Shown here: positions 55,868 through 64,000 of the stretch, one piece after another | Layout of the letters: each line of letters starts with the position of its first letter | How positions within the stretch are numbered: the stretch's first letter is position 1 | DNA from: Anaerolineae bacterium | GTDB taxonomy: Bacteria; Chloroflexota; Anaerolineae; Aggregatilineales; J027 | Direction of reading: 5' to 3' | Assembly (NCBI GenBank): GCA_034437075.1 | Contig: DAOTVD010000427.1 | Location: 7,307-71,306, forward strand | Length of the DNA: 64,000 bases | Position numbers and translations under genes: made by a program | The notes under the pieces: generated by a model | The model's database searches: none | What the model was told of the DNA's origin: nothing | Seen by the model: only the letters and a program-made list of their open reading frames with translations

Positions 55868-56409
55868 CTTTGCACCTCGCTCACTTGAATGGGCTCCAAC
55901 TCCTGCATAAAAGCGCCAGTTTGCTCCAAATCGAACTGCGCATCATCCGCTTCGATACACAGAAAGAAACGACTATGGGACGCCGTATCAAAATTCGGTG
56001 TATTGAAGATAGGATGATAGGGGAGCGGCAGGCCGTTATGCGCAAAGAAGATGATAACCACAGTGGTAGCCGCAATTAGAATAGACATTTCGAATGTCAC
56101 GGGCATGAAGGCTGGCCAACTGGCTAGCGGACGCCCAGCAATGATCCATTCATACACATTTACCGAGGTATATAACTGGAGCACATAGCCCACAAAGGCA
56201 CCAAAGAAGAGCCCTAGGGGAATAGCAATGGGCAAGATATTGAGATTTTGACCCAGTGCTTGCGCTAGCCCTTCGACATGATAGGGCGTATAGGCGCGCA
56301 CTTTTTCATAGCCCGCTTCTTTCGTGCGATGCACTGCCGCGAGCAAGGATCGCGAATCTTCGAATTCGGCCACTAGGCCATACATGGTATCGTTGCCGTT
56401 ATTCGTCAT
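55864..56409 (-). CDS. actD: Alternative complex III subunit ActD
   Basis: YGLVAEFEDS..LLAA......GY....AYTP is the typical ActD N-terminus (DUF3341-like), with two TMs. The start is placed at MTNNG rather than the track start at 56466. Confidence 0.75.
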   Translation of the reverse strand: MTNNGNDTMYGLVAEFEDSRSLLAAVHRTKEAGYEKVRAYTPYHVEGLAQALGQNLNILPIAIPLGLFFGAFVGYVLQLYTSVNVYEWIIAGRPLASWPAFMPVTFEMSILIAATTVVIIFFAHNGLPLPYHPIFNTPNFDTASHSRFFLCIEADDAQFDLEQTGAFMQELEPIQVSEVQS

Positions 56410-57796
56410 GATGACTCTCCTCAGTAGCGTGTGCCTGCATCTCAGCAATCGGGACCACGGGCACAAAGCGAATGAACAAGAACATCGGCGTCAGGAACAG
56501 ACCAAAGGGCGAGATGATCGTCAGAATATCCCACACTCCAAAGGCGAAGGGGTCCCACATCGTTTCCATAAAGGGATACATCAGGCTGACAGGGACAATC
56601 ACAAAGCGCTCTAGCCACATACCCACCAGCACAAAGAGCGAGATAATCAGCATCGCAATGTGATTGGTGCGAATAGACCGGAACCAAAGTAACTGGGTCA
56701 ACAACGCATTGAAGATAATCATGCCCCAAAAGCCAATCGCAGCCGGGCCGATAGCGCGTTCTACAGTGTAGGCCCATTCGTGGACATCACCACTGAACCA
56801 GGCACCGAAGAACTCGACCAGATAGCCGTAACCAACGAGTAGCGCAGTAATCAGCATCAAGATACCGGCTTTGTTGAGATGCTCATCCGTGATGAGGGTA
56901 TGCATCTTAAAACCGGCTCGTAGGATGAAGGCGAAGACAAAGACCATCGCCATACCGGATAAGATCGCGCCAGCTACAAAGAAGGGCGGGAAGATCGTAT
57001 GATGCCAACCGGGCAGTTGTGAAACCGCGAAGTCCAGGCCAACGATACTGTGCACGGAGATAACCAGCGGCGTTGCTAACACAGCGAGGAAAAAGAGCGT
57101 CTTGTGCAGCGACTCCCAATGGGCGGCATCGCCGCGCCAACCCAGCGCCGGAACACCATACAAGAATTTGGTGAAGCGGCTCTTGGCCTTATCGCGCATC
57201 GTGGCGAGATCGGGCACCAGATCAATGTACCAGAACAGCGCCGACACAATACCGTAGGTGCTGATGGCGAAGAAATCCCAAACCAGCGGGCTACGCCATT
57301 GAGAGAACAGGTTAAACGTATTGGGGTACGGAATAATGTAGTAAAAGTGCTCGATACGACCCAAATGGAACAAGGGGAACATACCCGCCACGGCCAGCGC
57401 AAAAAGCGTCATGGCTTCGGCAAAACGGCTGAAGGCTGTGCGCCAGTACTGCCGCATGAGCAACAAGAAAGCCGAAATAAACGTGCCCGCGTGGCCAATA
57501 CCAATCCAGAAGATGAGGTTCACGATCGCCATACCCCATACCACCGGAATATCGATATTCCACAAGCCCGTGCCACGAATAGCCACCGAAGCCAATGTGA
57601 AAACAAACAAGACCAACAGCACGGACGAGAACGTGAAAGCAAACCACCACCATAACGGCGTGGGCCCTAAGATCGTACGGCTAACCTTTTCGGCGACACT
57701 GCCGGGTTCCTCCCAAGTGGGAGGATCAATATAGGGTTCTGGCCGACGACCACGCCCAGATACTGCGCGAGGCTGTACAGAATCGAGTGACGTCAT
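56399..57796 (-). CDS. actC: Alternative complex III NrfD-like quinol-interacting membrane subunit
   Basis: A 10-TM NrfD/PsrC-family pattern. It lies directly after actB. Confidence 0.85.
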   Translation of the reverse strand: MTSLDSVQPRAVSGRGRRPEPYIDPPTWEEPGSVAEKVSRTILGPTPLWWWFAFTFSSVLLVLFVFTLASVAIRGTGLWNIDIPVVWGMAIVNLIFWIGIGHAGTFISAFLLLMRQYWRTAFSRFAEAMTLFALAVAGMFPLFHLGRIEHFYYIIPYPNTFNLFSQWRSPLVWDFFAISTYGIVSALFWYIDLVPDLATMRDKAKSRFTKFLYGVPALGWRGDAAHWESLHKTLFFLAVLATPLVISVHSIVGLDFAVSQLPGWHHTIFPPFFVAGAILSGMAMVFVFAFILRAGFKMHTLITDEHLNKAGILMLITALLVGYGYLVEFFGAWFSGDVHEWAYTVERAIGPAAIGFWGMIIFNALLTQLLWFRSIRTNHIAMLIISLFVLVGMWLERFVIVPVSLMYPFMETMWDPFAFGVWDILTIISPFGLFLTPMFLFIRFVPVVPIAEMQAHATEESHHDE

Positions 57797-57804
57797 AGTA
57801 AATC

Positions 57805-60800
57805 CTATTCCTCTTCCTCTTCCGGCTGGTATATCGCCCCGTTGGGGTTGATCAAACGCGCCAGATAGGTCGTGCGAGGTTTGGTGCCGAGTTCAACCAG
57901 CAAGCCATACTCAAGCGGGTCTTCTTTCCAGGCATTGATTTGGGCATCGCTATCGTTCAGGTTACCGAACGAGATAGCATTCGCGGGGCACGCGACAGCA
58001 CAAGCAGGCTGGGCTTCGCCATCACGAATGAGACGATCTTCGTTAACCGCATCAATACGCGCTTCGTTAATGCGCTGAACACAGTAGGTGCATTTTTCCA
58101 TCACGCCTTCAGGGCGAACGGATACATTCGGGTTGCGCATATCGACCAGTACATCGGCTTCATCGCGATAGTCAAAGAAGTTAAAGTGACGAACGTTGTA
58201 CGGGCAATTAGCCGAGCAGTAACGGGTGCCAATACAACGGTTGTAGATCATGCTATTCAGGCCCTCGGAGTCATGCAGGGTCGCTTCGACCGGGCAGACG
58301 AGTTCGCAAGGCGCAGTTTCGCAATGCATACAGGGCACCGGCAAGAAGGATGTCTGTAGCGGGCCATCTTCGGATTCATCAAAATAGCGATCAACGCGCA
58401 ACCAGTGCATTTCGCGGGCGCGCATCACTTCCGCTTTACCTACCGTGGGGATGTTGTTCTCGGCTTGACAAGCGATAATGCAAGCGTTACAACCCACACA
58501 CGCGGTCAGGTCAATGGCCATGCCCCAAGAGTAGCCTTCGCTATAGTCCCACTCATCATCAAACAAAGAGGGCAAAGGCGCCATAGCTTCGCCTTCATGC
58601 ACGAAGTCTGGGTTTTCGCGATATTGGGAAAGTGACGCAGACCGAACTGGCGTGTCAACATATCCATCGAGGTTATCAACATCGATATCACCGCGAATGA
58701 GTGCTAGCTCGTAGCGTTCGTTCAGATCACGAACTTCTAACCCTGTACCGAACCACATCGCATCGGAAGGCCGGATTTGATAAGCGCTAAAGTTGCGATC
58801 TTCGTCAAGTTCGGCGCTCAAGCCCCGACCGTAGCCCAAGAAGGTCGTCACGGTATTATCAGGATGCCCAGGGGTAACCCACACGGGCATATCAATTTCG
58901 CGGCCCCGGAACGCCAAACGGACAAGATCGTTGGTTTCAACACCGAGGTCATCTGCGGTAGCTGGGCTAATCAACGCCGCGTTATCCCAAACAATCTTCG
59001 TAATGGGATGCGGGATTTCTTGCAACCAGCTATTGTTCGCAAAACGGCCATCGTACAGATTAGGGTCAATACGGAAGACGATTTGTAGACCATCGCCACC
59101 CGAGGCCGCCTGTTCTTCGATGTCCGAAGCTAGGCCGCCACGCAGGCTAGGTTCCACAGATGCAGCAGCGCTATTTTGGGCAAAGCCATCATGCAACGTA
59201 CGCCGCCAAAACGCTTCGAAATCGCTTTCTTCGAAATCGCCTTGCGAGAATACCTGCTGCCAGTTCTGGCGCACGACCTGGTAAGTCGGGCGCGTATCAC
59301 CCAGCAGTACACCCATAATATCGTGCACTGAGCGGGCTTGCGGATAGAGCGGGCCAATGGGCGGTTGGATAACGCTGAGCGTGCCATCGTAAGCGCGCGC
59401 ATCGCTCCAAGCTTCCACAAAGTGGGTTTGCGGGATATGCCAATCACACAGGCGGGACGTTTCATCGTAGTACATCGAAAGATGCACGGTCAGCGAGACA
59501 TCATCCAACGCTTGGGTAAAATCAACATCAGCAGGCGCATCATATACTGGGTTGCCACCCAGGATGATGAGTGCTTCGACATCGCGAGAGCGGATTTCTT
59601 CGGCCAGGGCTGCTAGATCATTGGCTTCGCCCTCTGGCGTTGCAAAAATCGGCTCTGTATAGACGACCGTGGTGCCGACGTTACCGAGCGCTGCGTTAAT
59701 GGCATGTGCCAGGGCATGCACCACAGCGGATTGTCCTTCGCCAGCCACAACCAAACTGTTAGCGCCTGCGGCTTGCAAATCATCAACCAGCGTATTAAAC
59801 CAGGTTTCGTCCCAAGGTGGGCCAGAGAGGTCAGCACCCCCCTCAACCCCCAGGGCTGAGGCCAGCGCGCGCGTAAACGCTTCTACGTTGGTGGGGCTTA
59901 ACGCCAGGCGATGATCGGCCTTGGCGCCGGTTATGGTCATGCTGCTTTCAACCATATAGAGTCGGTTCATAGCGGCATCATTGGGGCCACCGCGCACTTT
60001 ACGCCGCTCGATAAAATCATGCGTATAGCGCAAGCTACCCGGCAAGGTCAGCAAGAAGTCAGAGTCTAGCGACAGAATCACATCGGCCTGATCGAAACGA
60101 TAGACCGTATTCACGGGTTCATCGAAGGCCAGCGCCGACCCCGCCATCACATTATCTTGTGATACCGGATCGTACTGATACCAACGAAAACCGGGGTAAA
60201 CCTCTTGCATGGTTTGCAGTTGCATGGCCAAGGTAGGAGATGTCACAGCTTCGGTGAGAACACGAATACCTGAACCATCGCCATCAGCTAGAAGCGGCTC
60301 TAATGTTGCCAGGAAATTTTCCCAGGTATTCTCTTCGCCATTATGCAGCACTTGGCTAGAGCGCTCTGGGTTATAAAGCTCCAAAATAGCGCCTTGCAGA
60401 TAGGTGTTGCTAGCCCCCAAAGATGCTGGGTGTAGCGGGTTACCATCTAGCCGGGTGGGGCGCCCTGCAAAGGTTTCGATCAGTACACCCGTGGCAACAC
60501 CGCCCAGAATCATAGACGAAGAAAAGAAGAGTGAACGCCCAGGGATGACTTCTTCGGGAAGCCGTACGTAAGGAATAATGGGTTCATCGGGTGGGCGTTG
60601 TGTGCAACCAGCCGCCCCAAAGCCGGCCAGCGCTAATGAAGCGCCCATGATTTTCATGAAAGAGCGTCGATCCATCCCTAGCTGACGTTTTAGGGCGGCC
60701 TCGCGCGGGAATTTGGCAGCTAGCAGCGCGTCAAACAGTTTAGGATCATCAGGGACACCGCCTTCATCGAGCAAGACGGCATTCGGATCAAGGTCATATC

Positions 60801-60822
60801 GGTCGCTTGGTTTTTTCGTCAT
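57805..60822 (-). CDS. actB: Alternative complex III large subunit (molybdopterin-oxidoreductase-like domain fused to a Fe-S cluster domain)
   Basis: Tat signal DRRSFMKIMGASLALAGFGAAGC. The C-terminal ferredoxin motifs are CVGCNACIIAC, CMHCETAPCELVCP and CIGTRYCSANCP. The start is placed at MTKKP, with an AAGAGGA SD. Confidence 0.9.
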   Translation of the reverse strand: MTKKPSDRYDLDPNAVLLDEGGVPDDPKLFDALLAAKFPREAALKRQLGMDRRSFMKIMGASLALAGFGAAGCTQRPPDEPIIPYVRLPEEVIPGRSLFFSSSMILGGVATGVLIETFAGRPTRLDGNPLHPASLGASNTYLQGAILELYNPERSSQVLHNGEENTWENFLATLEPLLADGDGSGIRVLTEAVTSPTLAMQLQTMQEVYPGFRWYQYDPVSQDNVMAGSALAFDEPVNTVYRFDQADVILSLDSDFLLTLPGSLRYTHDFIERRKVRGGPNDAAMNRLYMVESSMTITGAKADHRLALSPTNVEAFTRALASALGVEGGADLSGPPWDETWFNTLVDDLQAAGANSLVVAGEGQSAVVHALAHAINAALGNVGTTVVYTEPIFATPEGEANDLAALAEEIRSRDVEALIILGGNPVYDAPADVDFTQALDDVSLTVHLSMYYDETSRLCDWHIPQTHFVEAWSDARAYDGTLSVIQPPIGPLYPQARSVHDIMGVLLGDTRPTYQVVRQNWQQVFSQGDFEESDFEAFWRRTLHDGFAQNSAAASVEPSLRGGLASDIEEQAASGGDGLQIVFRIDPNLYDGRFANNSWLQEIPHPITKIVWDNAALISPATADDLGVETNDLVRLAFRGREIDMPVWVTPGHPDNTVTTFLGYGRGLSAELDEDRNFSAYQIRPSDAMWFGTGLEVRDLNERYELALIRGDIDVDNLDGYVDTPVRSASLSQYRENPDFVHEGEAMAPLPSLFDDEWDYSEGYSWGMAIDLTACVGCNACIIACQAENNIPTVGKAEVMRAREMHWLRVDRYFDESEDGPLQTSFLPVPCMHCETAPCELVCPVEATLHDSEGLNSMIYNRCIGTRYCSANCPYNVRHFNFFDYRDEADVLVDMRNPNVSVRPEGVMEKCTYCVQRINEARIDAVNEDRLIRDGEAQPACAVACPANAISFGNLNDSDAQINAWKEDPLEYGLLVELGTKPRTTYLARLINPNGAIYQPEEEEE

Positions 60823-60836
60823 AGCACGATCCTCTT

Positions 60837-61496
60837 TTAATAATGACAGACGGAACAATTGTCCAGGCGATCGACATTAATGCCATTTTGCTCGACCAAT
60901 ATTTGGCCAAACTCAATCTGGTTCTCCGGCGGTTCATAACCGAATGTGTAGACTTCATCTGCCGGGCGGATAAATCGCTCGGGCTCCCAGTGACATTCAA
61001 GGCACCAGTCCATTGTCATATTCACGGCTTGCCACACGACAGGCATTTGATCCACGCGGCCATGGCATGTTTCGCAAGCAAAACCTGACTGGACATGGAT
61101 GCTGTGATTAAAGTGGACATGGGCTGCCAGATCATGAACACGTTCCCATTCCAAGCGCTGGCCGGTGGCATAACTGGTGCGCACGGGCTCGAGCAACTCG
61201 CTATAGGTTGCGATCTGAGAATGGCAACTCATACATGTATGGGTGTCTGGAATACCACCGTAAGAGGACTGTTCTGCCGTACCATGACAATACAAGCATT
61301 CGATGTTTAAGCGGTCGCTATGCAGACGATGACTAAAACGTACAGGCTGTTCGACGGCAATGCCGACGGGGGCTCTGGTGTACGGCGATTGGTCATAGGC
61401 ATATAAAAATGCCAAGATCAGCACCAGTACCAGAATAATCGCCAACAGACTTATGCGAGCCAAAGCATTGGTAGCAGGTGTAAACAGTTGTGACAT
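60837..61496 (-). CDS. actA: Alternative complex III pentahaem cytochrome c subunit
   Basis: Five CxxCH motifs (CLYCH, CMSCH, CETCH, CLECH, CSVCH) and an N-terminal TM. Confidence 0.9.
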   Translation of the reverse strand: MSQLFTPATNALARISLLAIILVLVLILAFLYAYDQSPYTRAPVGIAVEQPVRFSHRLHSDRLNIECLYCHGTAEQSSYGGIPDTHTCMSCHSQIATYSELLEPVRTSYATGQRLEWERVHDLAAHVHFNHSIHVQSGFACETCHGRVDQMPVVWQAVNMTMDWCLECHWEPERFIRPADEVYTFGYEPPENQIEFGQILVEQNGINVDRLDNCSVCHY

Positions 61497-61532
61497 ATCA
61501 GCAACAACCTAGCTCTGTACAGAACTCTATAC

Positions 61533-61568
61533 GGACACAAAAAGGACACTGCCGCCTAACAATGGACA
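61533..61568 (-). promoter_or_regulatory. TGTCC direct repeats (gene-sense TGTCC-TTTTTG-TGTCC plus a third copy) just upstream of actA
   Basis: GGACA occurs on the plus strand at 61533, 61544 and 61564. The 16-mer GGACACAAAAAGGACA matches 20160-20175 (GGACACAAAATGGACA) at 15 of 16 positions. A TATAGA hexamer directly follows in gene sense. Confidence 0.45.
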
Positions 61569-61902
61569 ACAGATATCGAAAACCAGTAACGCGAAGGATA
61601 GTCGAATCGTCAGGAATCAACATATTCAAAAGCTGCTTTAGGTGTGCATCATTACAGCAGTTCGACGCGTCTCTAAATATGCAACAGGGGCAAACAATAA
61701 GGAGGGGACAGGACAGCGACGATAATGGGGAATGATATCCCACTTATTTTTGCACGCTTTGCTTTGACATTGGTTAAACTTTTCCCTGACCAACGTCAAA
61801 CTAACTTAACGTGATCATATTTCGTGGGGAGCATTCATACAAGAGCAAAGGTCATGCAAAGCATGTGTCATTCGTCATTTTTCTAAGTGTGAGCAACGCT
61901 CT

Positions 61903-61922
61903 AAAAAAAATCGTGGTTCACG
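61903..61922 (-). terminator. Weak terminator after the 308-aa membrane-protein gene
   Basis: The minus strand reads CGTG-aac-CACG followed by a T8 run. The stem is only 4 bp. Confidence 0.3.
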
Positions 61923-61954
61923 GTAGTTCAGAAGATGCCAGCAATCGCGCGCGG

Positions 61955-62881
61955 TCATGATTGGACGGCTTGCTTCTCCGCTTTTTCCACTAGCGCTGTT
62001 GGTGGCTTTGGCTCACCATCGCGAGGGGTTATACCCAGCAAAAAGTCATCCGAGCGGTTGTAGGCGTAAGTCAACCCCAGCGCAAAAAGGCTTGTGCCAA
62101 TGCCCAATAAAACGCCAATCAACGCGGGCGCGATAAGCGCCAGCCGGATAAATACCGTCACAGCAGCATAGCCAAAATTCCGAAAGGTGATGGCAAAGTT
62201 ATTGCCATAGCGCAGCGAGATCAGCACCATCAGCACGTCAGTAAAAATCAATACAGTGTAGAACGTTTCGAAGAAGGGGATAATCTCTAAGCCCTGTAAA
62301 ATACGCACACCATCGATCAGCAAAATACCGATAAACACCAGCAACAAGCCCAGTGCGATAACCTTCTTGTAAGCGATAAACTGTGCTTGCTCTGTTTCAT
62401 CGGAGGTAATCGGGCGGCGGCGTTGGATTCTGTAATAAATGCCAATGATGACGAAAATCAGCAACGCACCTAGCGAGTCAACAATCATGGGTGCAATACC
62501 ATCCGATACTTGCTCCCACTGGATAGGCTCGCTAAACGTGGTGAACTGCTTAAAGGTATCACGCAAAAAAATTAAGGACAGTAATTCGAGTTGGATGCCA
62601 ATTGAGCGCGAGAAGGAACGGGTTAAACTGAATACCAGGCTAACCACCTCCGTCATCAGCAATAGCGTGAAGGCTACTTCAACCGCATAGAAATGGTTGG
62701 TGGGTATCTCGCGCGCCAAGTCCGGGGGGAGTATGCCCAGGCGGTTAACTTCGATCAGGGCAATAGAGGATAAATATGCGACGACAAGTAAAGCGCCGAC
62801 GGTCCGCTTCATCATATGCTCTTCCCAGAAATGTTCAAGCGCGTCGGTAATTTTTGCGAGGAAGTGCAACATAAGAAGCAA
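61955..62881 (-). CDS. Polytopic membrane protein of unknown function
   Basis: About 7 predicted TMs with no motif recognised. The true start may be MMKRT at 62815. Confidence 0.5.
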   Translation of the reverse strand: MLLMLHFLAKITDALEHFWEEHMMKRTVGALLVVAYLSSIALIEVNRLGILPPDLAREIPTNHFYAVEVAFTLLLMTEVVSLVFSLTRSFSRSIGIQLELLSLIFLRDTFKQFTTFSEPIQWEQVSDGIAPMIVDSLGALLIFVIIGIYYRIQRRRPITSDETEQAQFIAYKKVIALGLLLVFIGILLIDGVRILQGLEIIPFFETFYTVLIFTDVLMVLISLRYGNNFAITFRNFGYAAVTVFIRLALIAPALIGVLLGIGTSLFALGLTYAYNRSDDFLLGITPRDGEPKPPTALVEKAEKQAVQS

Positions 62882-63101
62882 ACCCTTATATTTAGTGGAC
62901 AGATGCTAGGGACTGCGAAGGTGACGGCTATAGCGGGTTTGTACTCATTATACGCTATATTCAGGTAAATCATTAAGCGCAGTATAGAGTTCCTTCGCGA
63001 ATAGAACGAACACGCTATAATCTGCACAATACGCGCCGAGCGCCACCTCTCCTGCCATACATGCCAGCCGTTATACAGGTGCCAGTAACGATGGGAAGAT
63101 A

Positions 63102-63860
63102 ATGACGTACCTATCTTTCTTAATTTATTTCGTAATTACTCCTGGTATTGTCATGGGGATATTATTCCGCCATCATTTGACCCTTCGCCGGTGGAAAGAA
63201 TTGGGCGTAATGTCTCTGGTGGCGTTGGTATGGACAACGCCTTGGGATAATTATCTGGTCGCGACGAACGTCTGGTGGTATGACGAAAACCGCGTGCTAG
63301 GGATTGTCCTGGGATACGTACCAATCGAAGAATATAGCTTCTTCATCCTGCAAACAGTCATGACGGGTATTTGGCTAACCGGCTTGATGGCGTATATCCG
63401 CCCCAAGCAACCCTTTACCCCCCTACCCCCTCAATACGGACTCGTGCCTGTGCTGGCGATCCTCGGTATCGTGCTTGCCGCGCTCGCCCAACAAGACCCT
63501 CAGTGGAATTACTTCATTCTACAAGTGGGCTGGCTGGCGCTACCAGCGCTAGCTATACAGTATCTGTGGGGCCTTGATCTTCTAATACACTATTGGCGCG
63601 TATGGCTACCTGGTGTGCTCGTCCCTACGCTTTGGCTAGCGAGTATGGATGCCATAGCAATACACATCGGCGTATGGACAATCGACCCCGCGCAGACCAT
63701 ACCCCTCAAGCTGGGGGGAATACTCCCGTTCGAAGAGGCGCTGTTCTTCCTCATCACAAACCTCTTGATCGTGCAAGGTCTCATCCTGATCATCGTACCC
63801 GAGTCTTGGGAACGCCTGCACAAACTGCAAACACGGCTGTTGCAACAAAAGCAAGCATAG
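63102..63860 (+). CDS. Lycopene cyclase, fused CrtYc/CrtYd-type (two lycopene-cyclase domains)
   Basis: TTPWDNYLVATNVWWY and PIEEYSFFILQ occur in the first half, with PFEEALFFLITNLL in the second half. It is adjacent to crtI. Confidence 0.75.
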   Translation: MTYLSFLIYFVITPGIVMGILFRHHLTLRRWKELGVMSLVALVWTTPWDNYLVATNVWWYDENRVLGIVLGYVPIEEYSFFILQTVMTGIWLTGLMAYIRPKQPFTPLPPQYGLVPVLAILGIVLAALAQQDPQWNYFILQVGWLALPALAIQYLWGLDLLIHYWRVWLPGVLVPTLWLASMDAIAIHIGVWTIDPAQTIPLKLGGILPFEEALFFLITNLLIVQGLILIIVPESWERLHKLQTRLLQQKQA

Positions 63861-63880
63861 ATGATATGACATACGCCAGT

Positions 63881-63899
63881 CACACGCACACACACACAA
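63881..63899. repeat. Short CA dinucleotide tract (CACACGCACACACACACAA)
   Basis: Read directly from the sequence. It lies in the 85-nt crtY-crtI spacer. Confidence 0.8.
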
Positions 63900-63945
63900 C
63901 CGCTAGATACCCCCAACGGAAGCAGAGACAAAGCGAGTAAACTTC

Positions 63946-64000
63946 ATGACTTCAGTAATCATCATTGGTTCAGGAATGGGCGGGCTAGCTACAGCGCTAC
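63946..64000 (+). CDS. crtI: Phytoene desaturase-type FAD oxidoreductase, first 18 codons only
   Basis: MTSVIIIGSGMGGLATAL is a GxGxxG dinucleotide-binding start. The identity is inferred from the neighbouring lycopene cyclase. The window end truncates the gene. Confidence 0.5.
   Translation, partial: MTSVIIIGSGMGGLATAL

Noticed and set aside
61490-61743. Two mutually antisense 81-aa ORFs, one of them Cys-rich, in the region upstream of actA.
   Set aside because: They overlap each other completely and lack SD sequences. They cover the putative actA promoter and repeat region, and nothing favours either as coding.
62897-62914. GGACA-N8-GGACT upstream of the 308-aa membrane-protein gene, as a possible third site of the TGTCC motif.
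   Set aside because: The spacing is 13 bp rather than 11, the second unit is imperfect, and the A-rich spacer is absent. The match is too weak to count.
62982-62992. The 11-mer GTATAGAGTTC upstream of crtY, identical in gene sense to the sequence abutting the TGTCC repeats at actA (61522-61532).
   Set aside because: Exact 11-mer sharing between a few kb of intergenic sequence is expected several times by chance. No repeat units accompany it at crtY. I kept it only as a note for anyone scanning promoters.

Overview
The gene content matches a Chloroflexota filamentous anoxygenic phototroph of the Roseiflexus type: fused pufLM, pufBA, a membrane-anchored tetrahaem pufC, alternative complex III, and no puhA in the window. 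No rRNA, tRNA, CRISPR array, transposase or integrase could be supported.

Left half, about 1-31 kb, holds housekeeping and accessory genes:
- a truncated FAD oxidase;
- a MerR-like gene and an RHH-like gene diverging from a striking iteron-like repeat array (1339-1647);
- an Opu-type osmoprotectant ABC transporter whose permeases are unusually long;
- a MalEFG-type sugar ABC transporter;
- rmd and gmd for GDP-6-deoxyhexose synthesis;
- an orphan ParM-type actin;
- a URO-D-family protein;
- a 1028-aa ATPase-TPR-SARP regulator;
- an AapJQMP-type amino-acid ABC transporter;
- a PAS histidine kinase with a NarL-type regulator, translationally coupled to a decayed FeS-BCP (CryB/PhrB-like) photolyase gene;
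- a sortase.

Right half, 31.6-64 kb, is a photosynthesis supercluster:
- An unlinked ActF-like gene, two PucC/BCD-family genes, a methyltransferase and a geranylgeranyl-reductase paralogue come first.
- A roughly 25-kb co-directional minus-strand block of 26 genes follows. Its order is actABCDE, two paralogous unknown genes, pufB, pufA, pufLM, pufC, bchG, bchP, puhE-like, bchO-like, bchF, bchC, bchX, DUF169, an HhH membrane protein, bchY, bchZ, pucC, a lipoprotein, a 47-aa ORF and a hydrolase.
- A fused lycopene cyclase and the start of crtI close the window.

The observations most worth a second look are:
1. the paralogous 215-aa and 90-aa proteins wedged between ACIII and puf;
2. the phased iteron array together with the orphan ParM;
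3. the DUF169 and HhH genes splitting bchX from bchYZ, plus a C-terminal extension on BchX;
4. an 11-bp-phased TGTCC direct-repeat motif shared by the SARP-like regulator promoter and the actA promoter;
5. two unannotated single-TM micro-ORFs inside the photosynthesis cluster.

All functional calls rest on reading motifs in the translated ORFs and on memory of the protein families. No database search was run.
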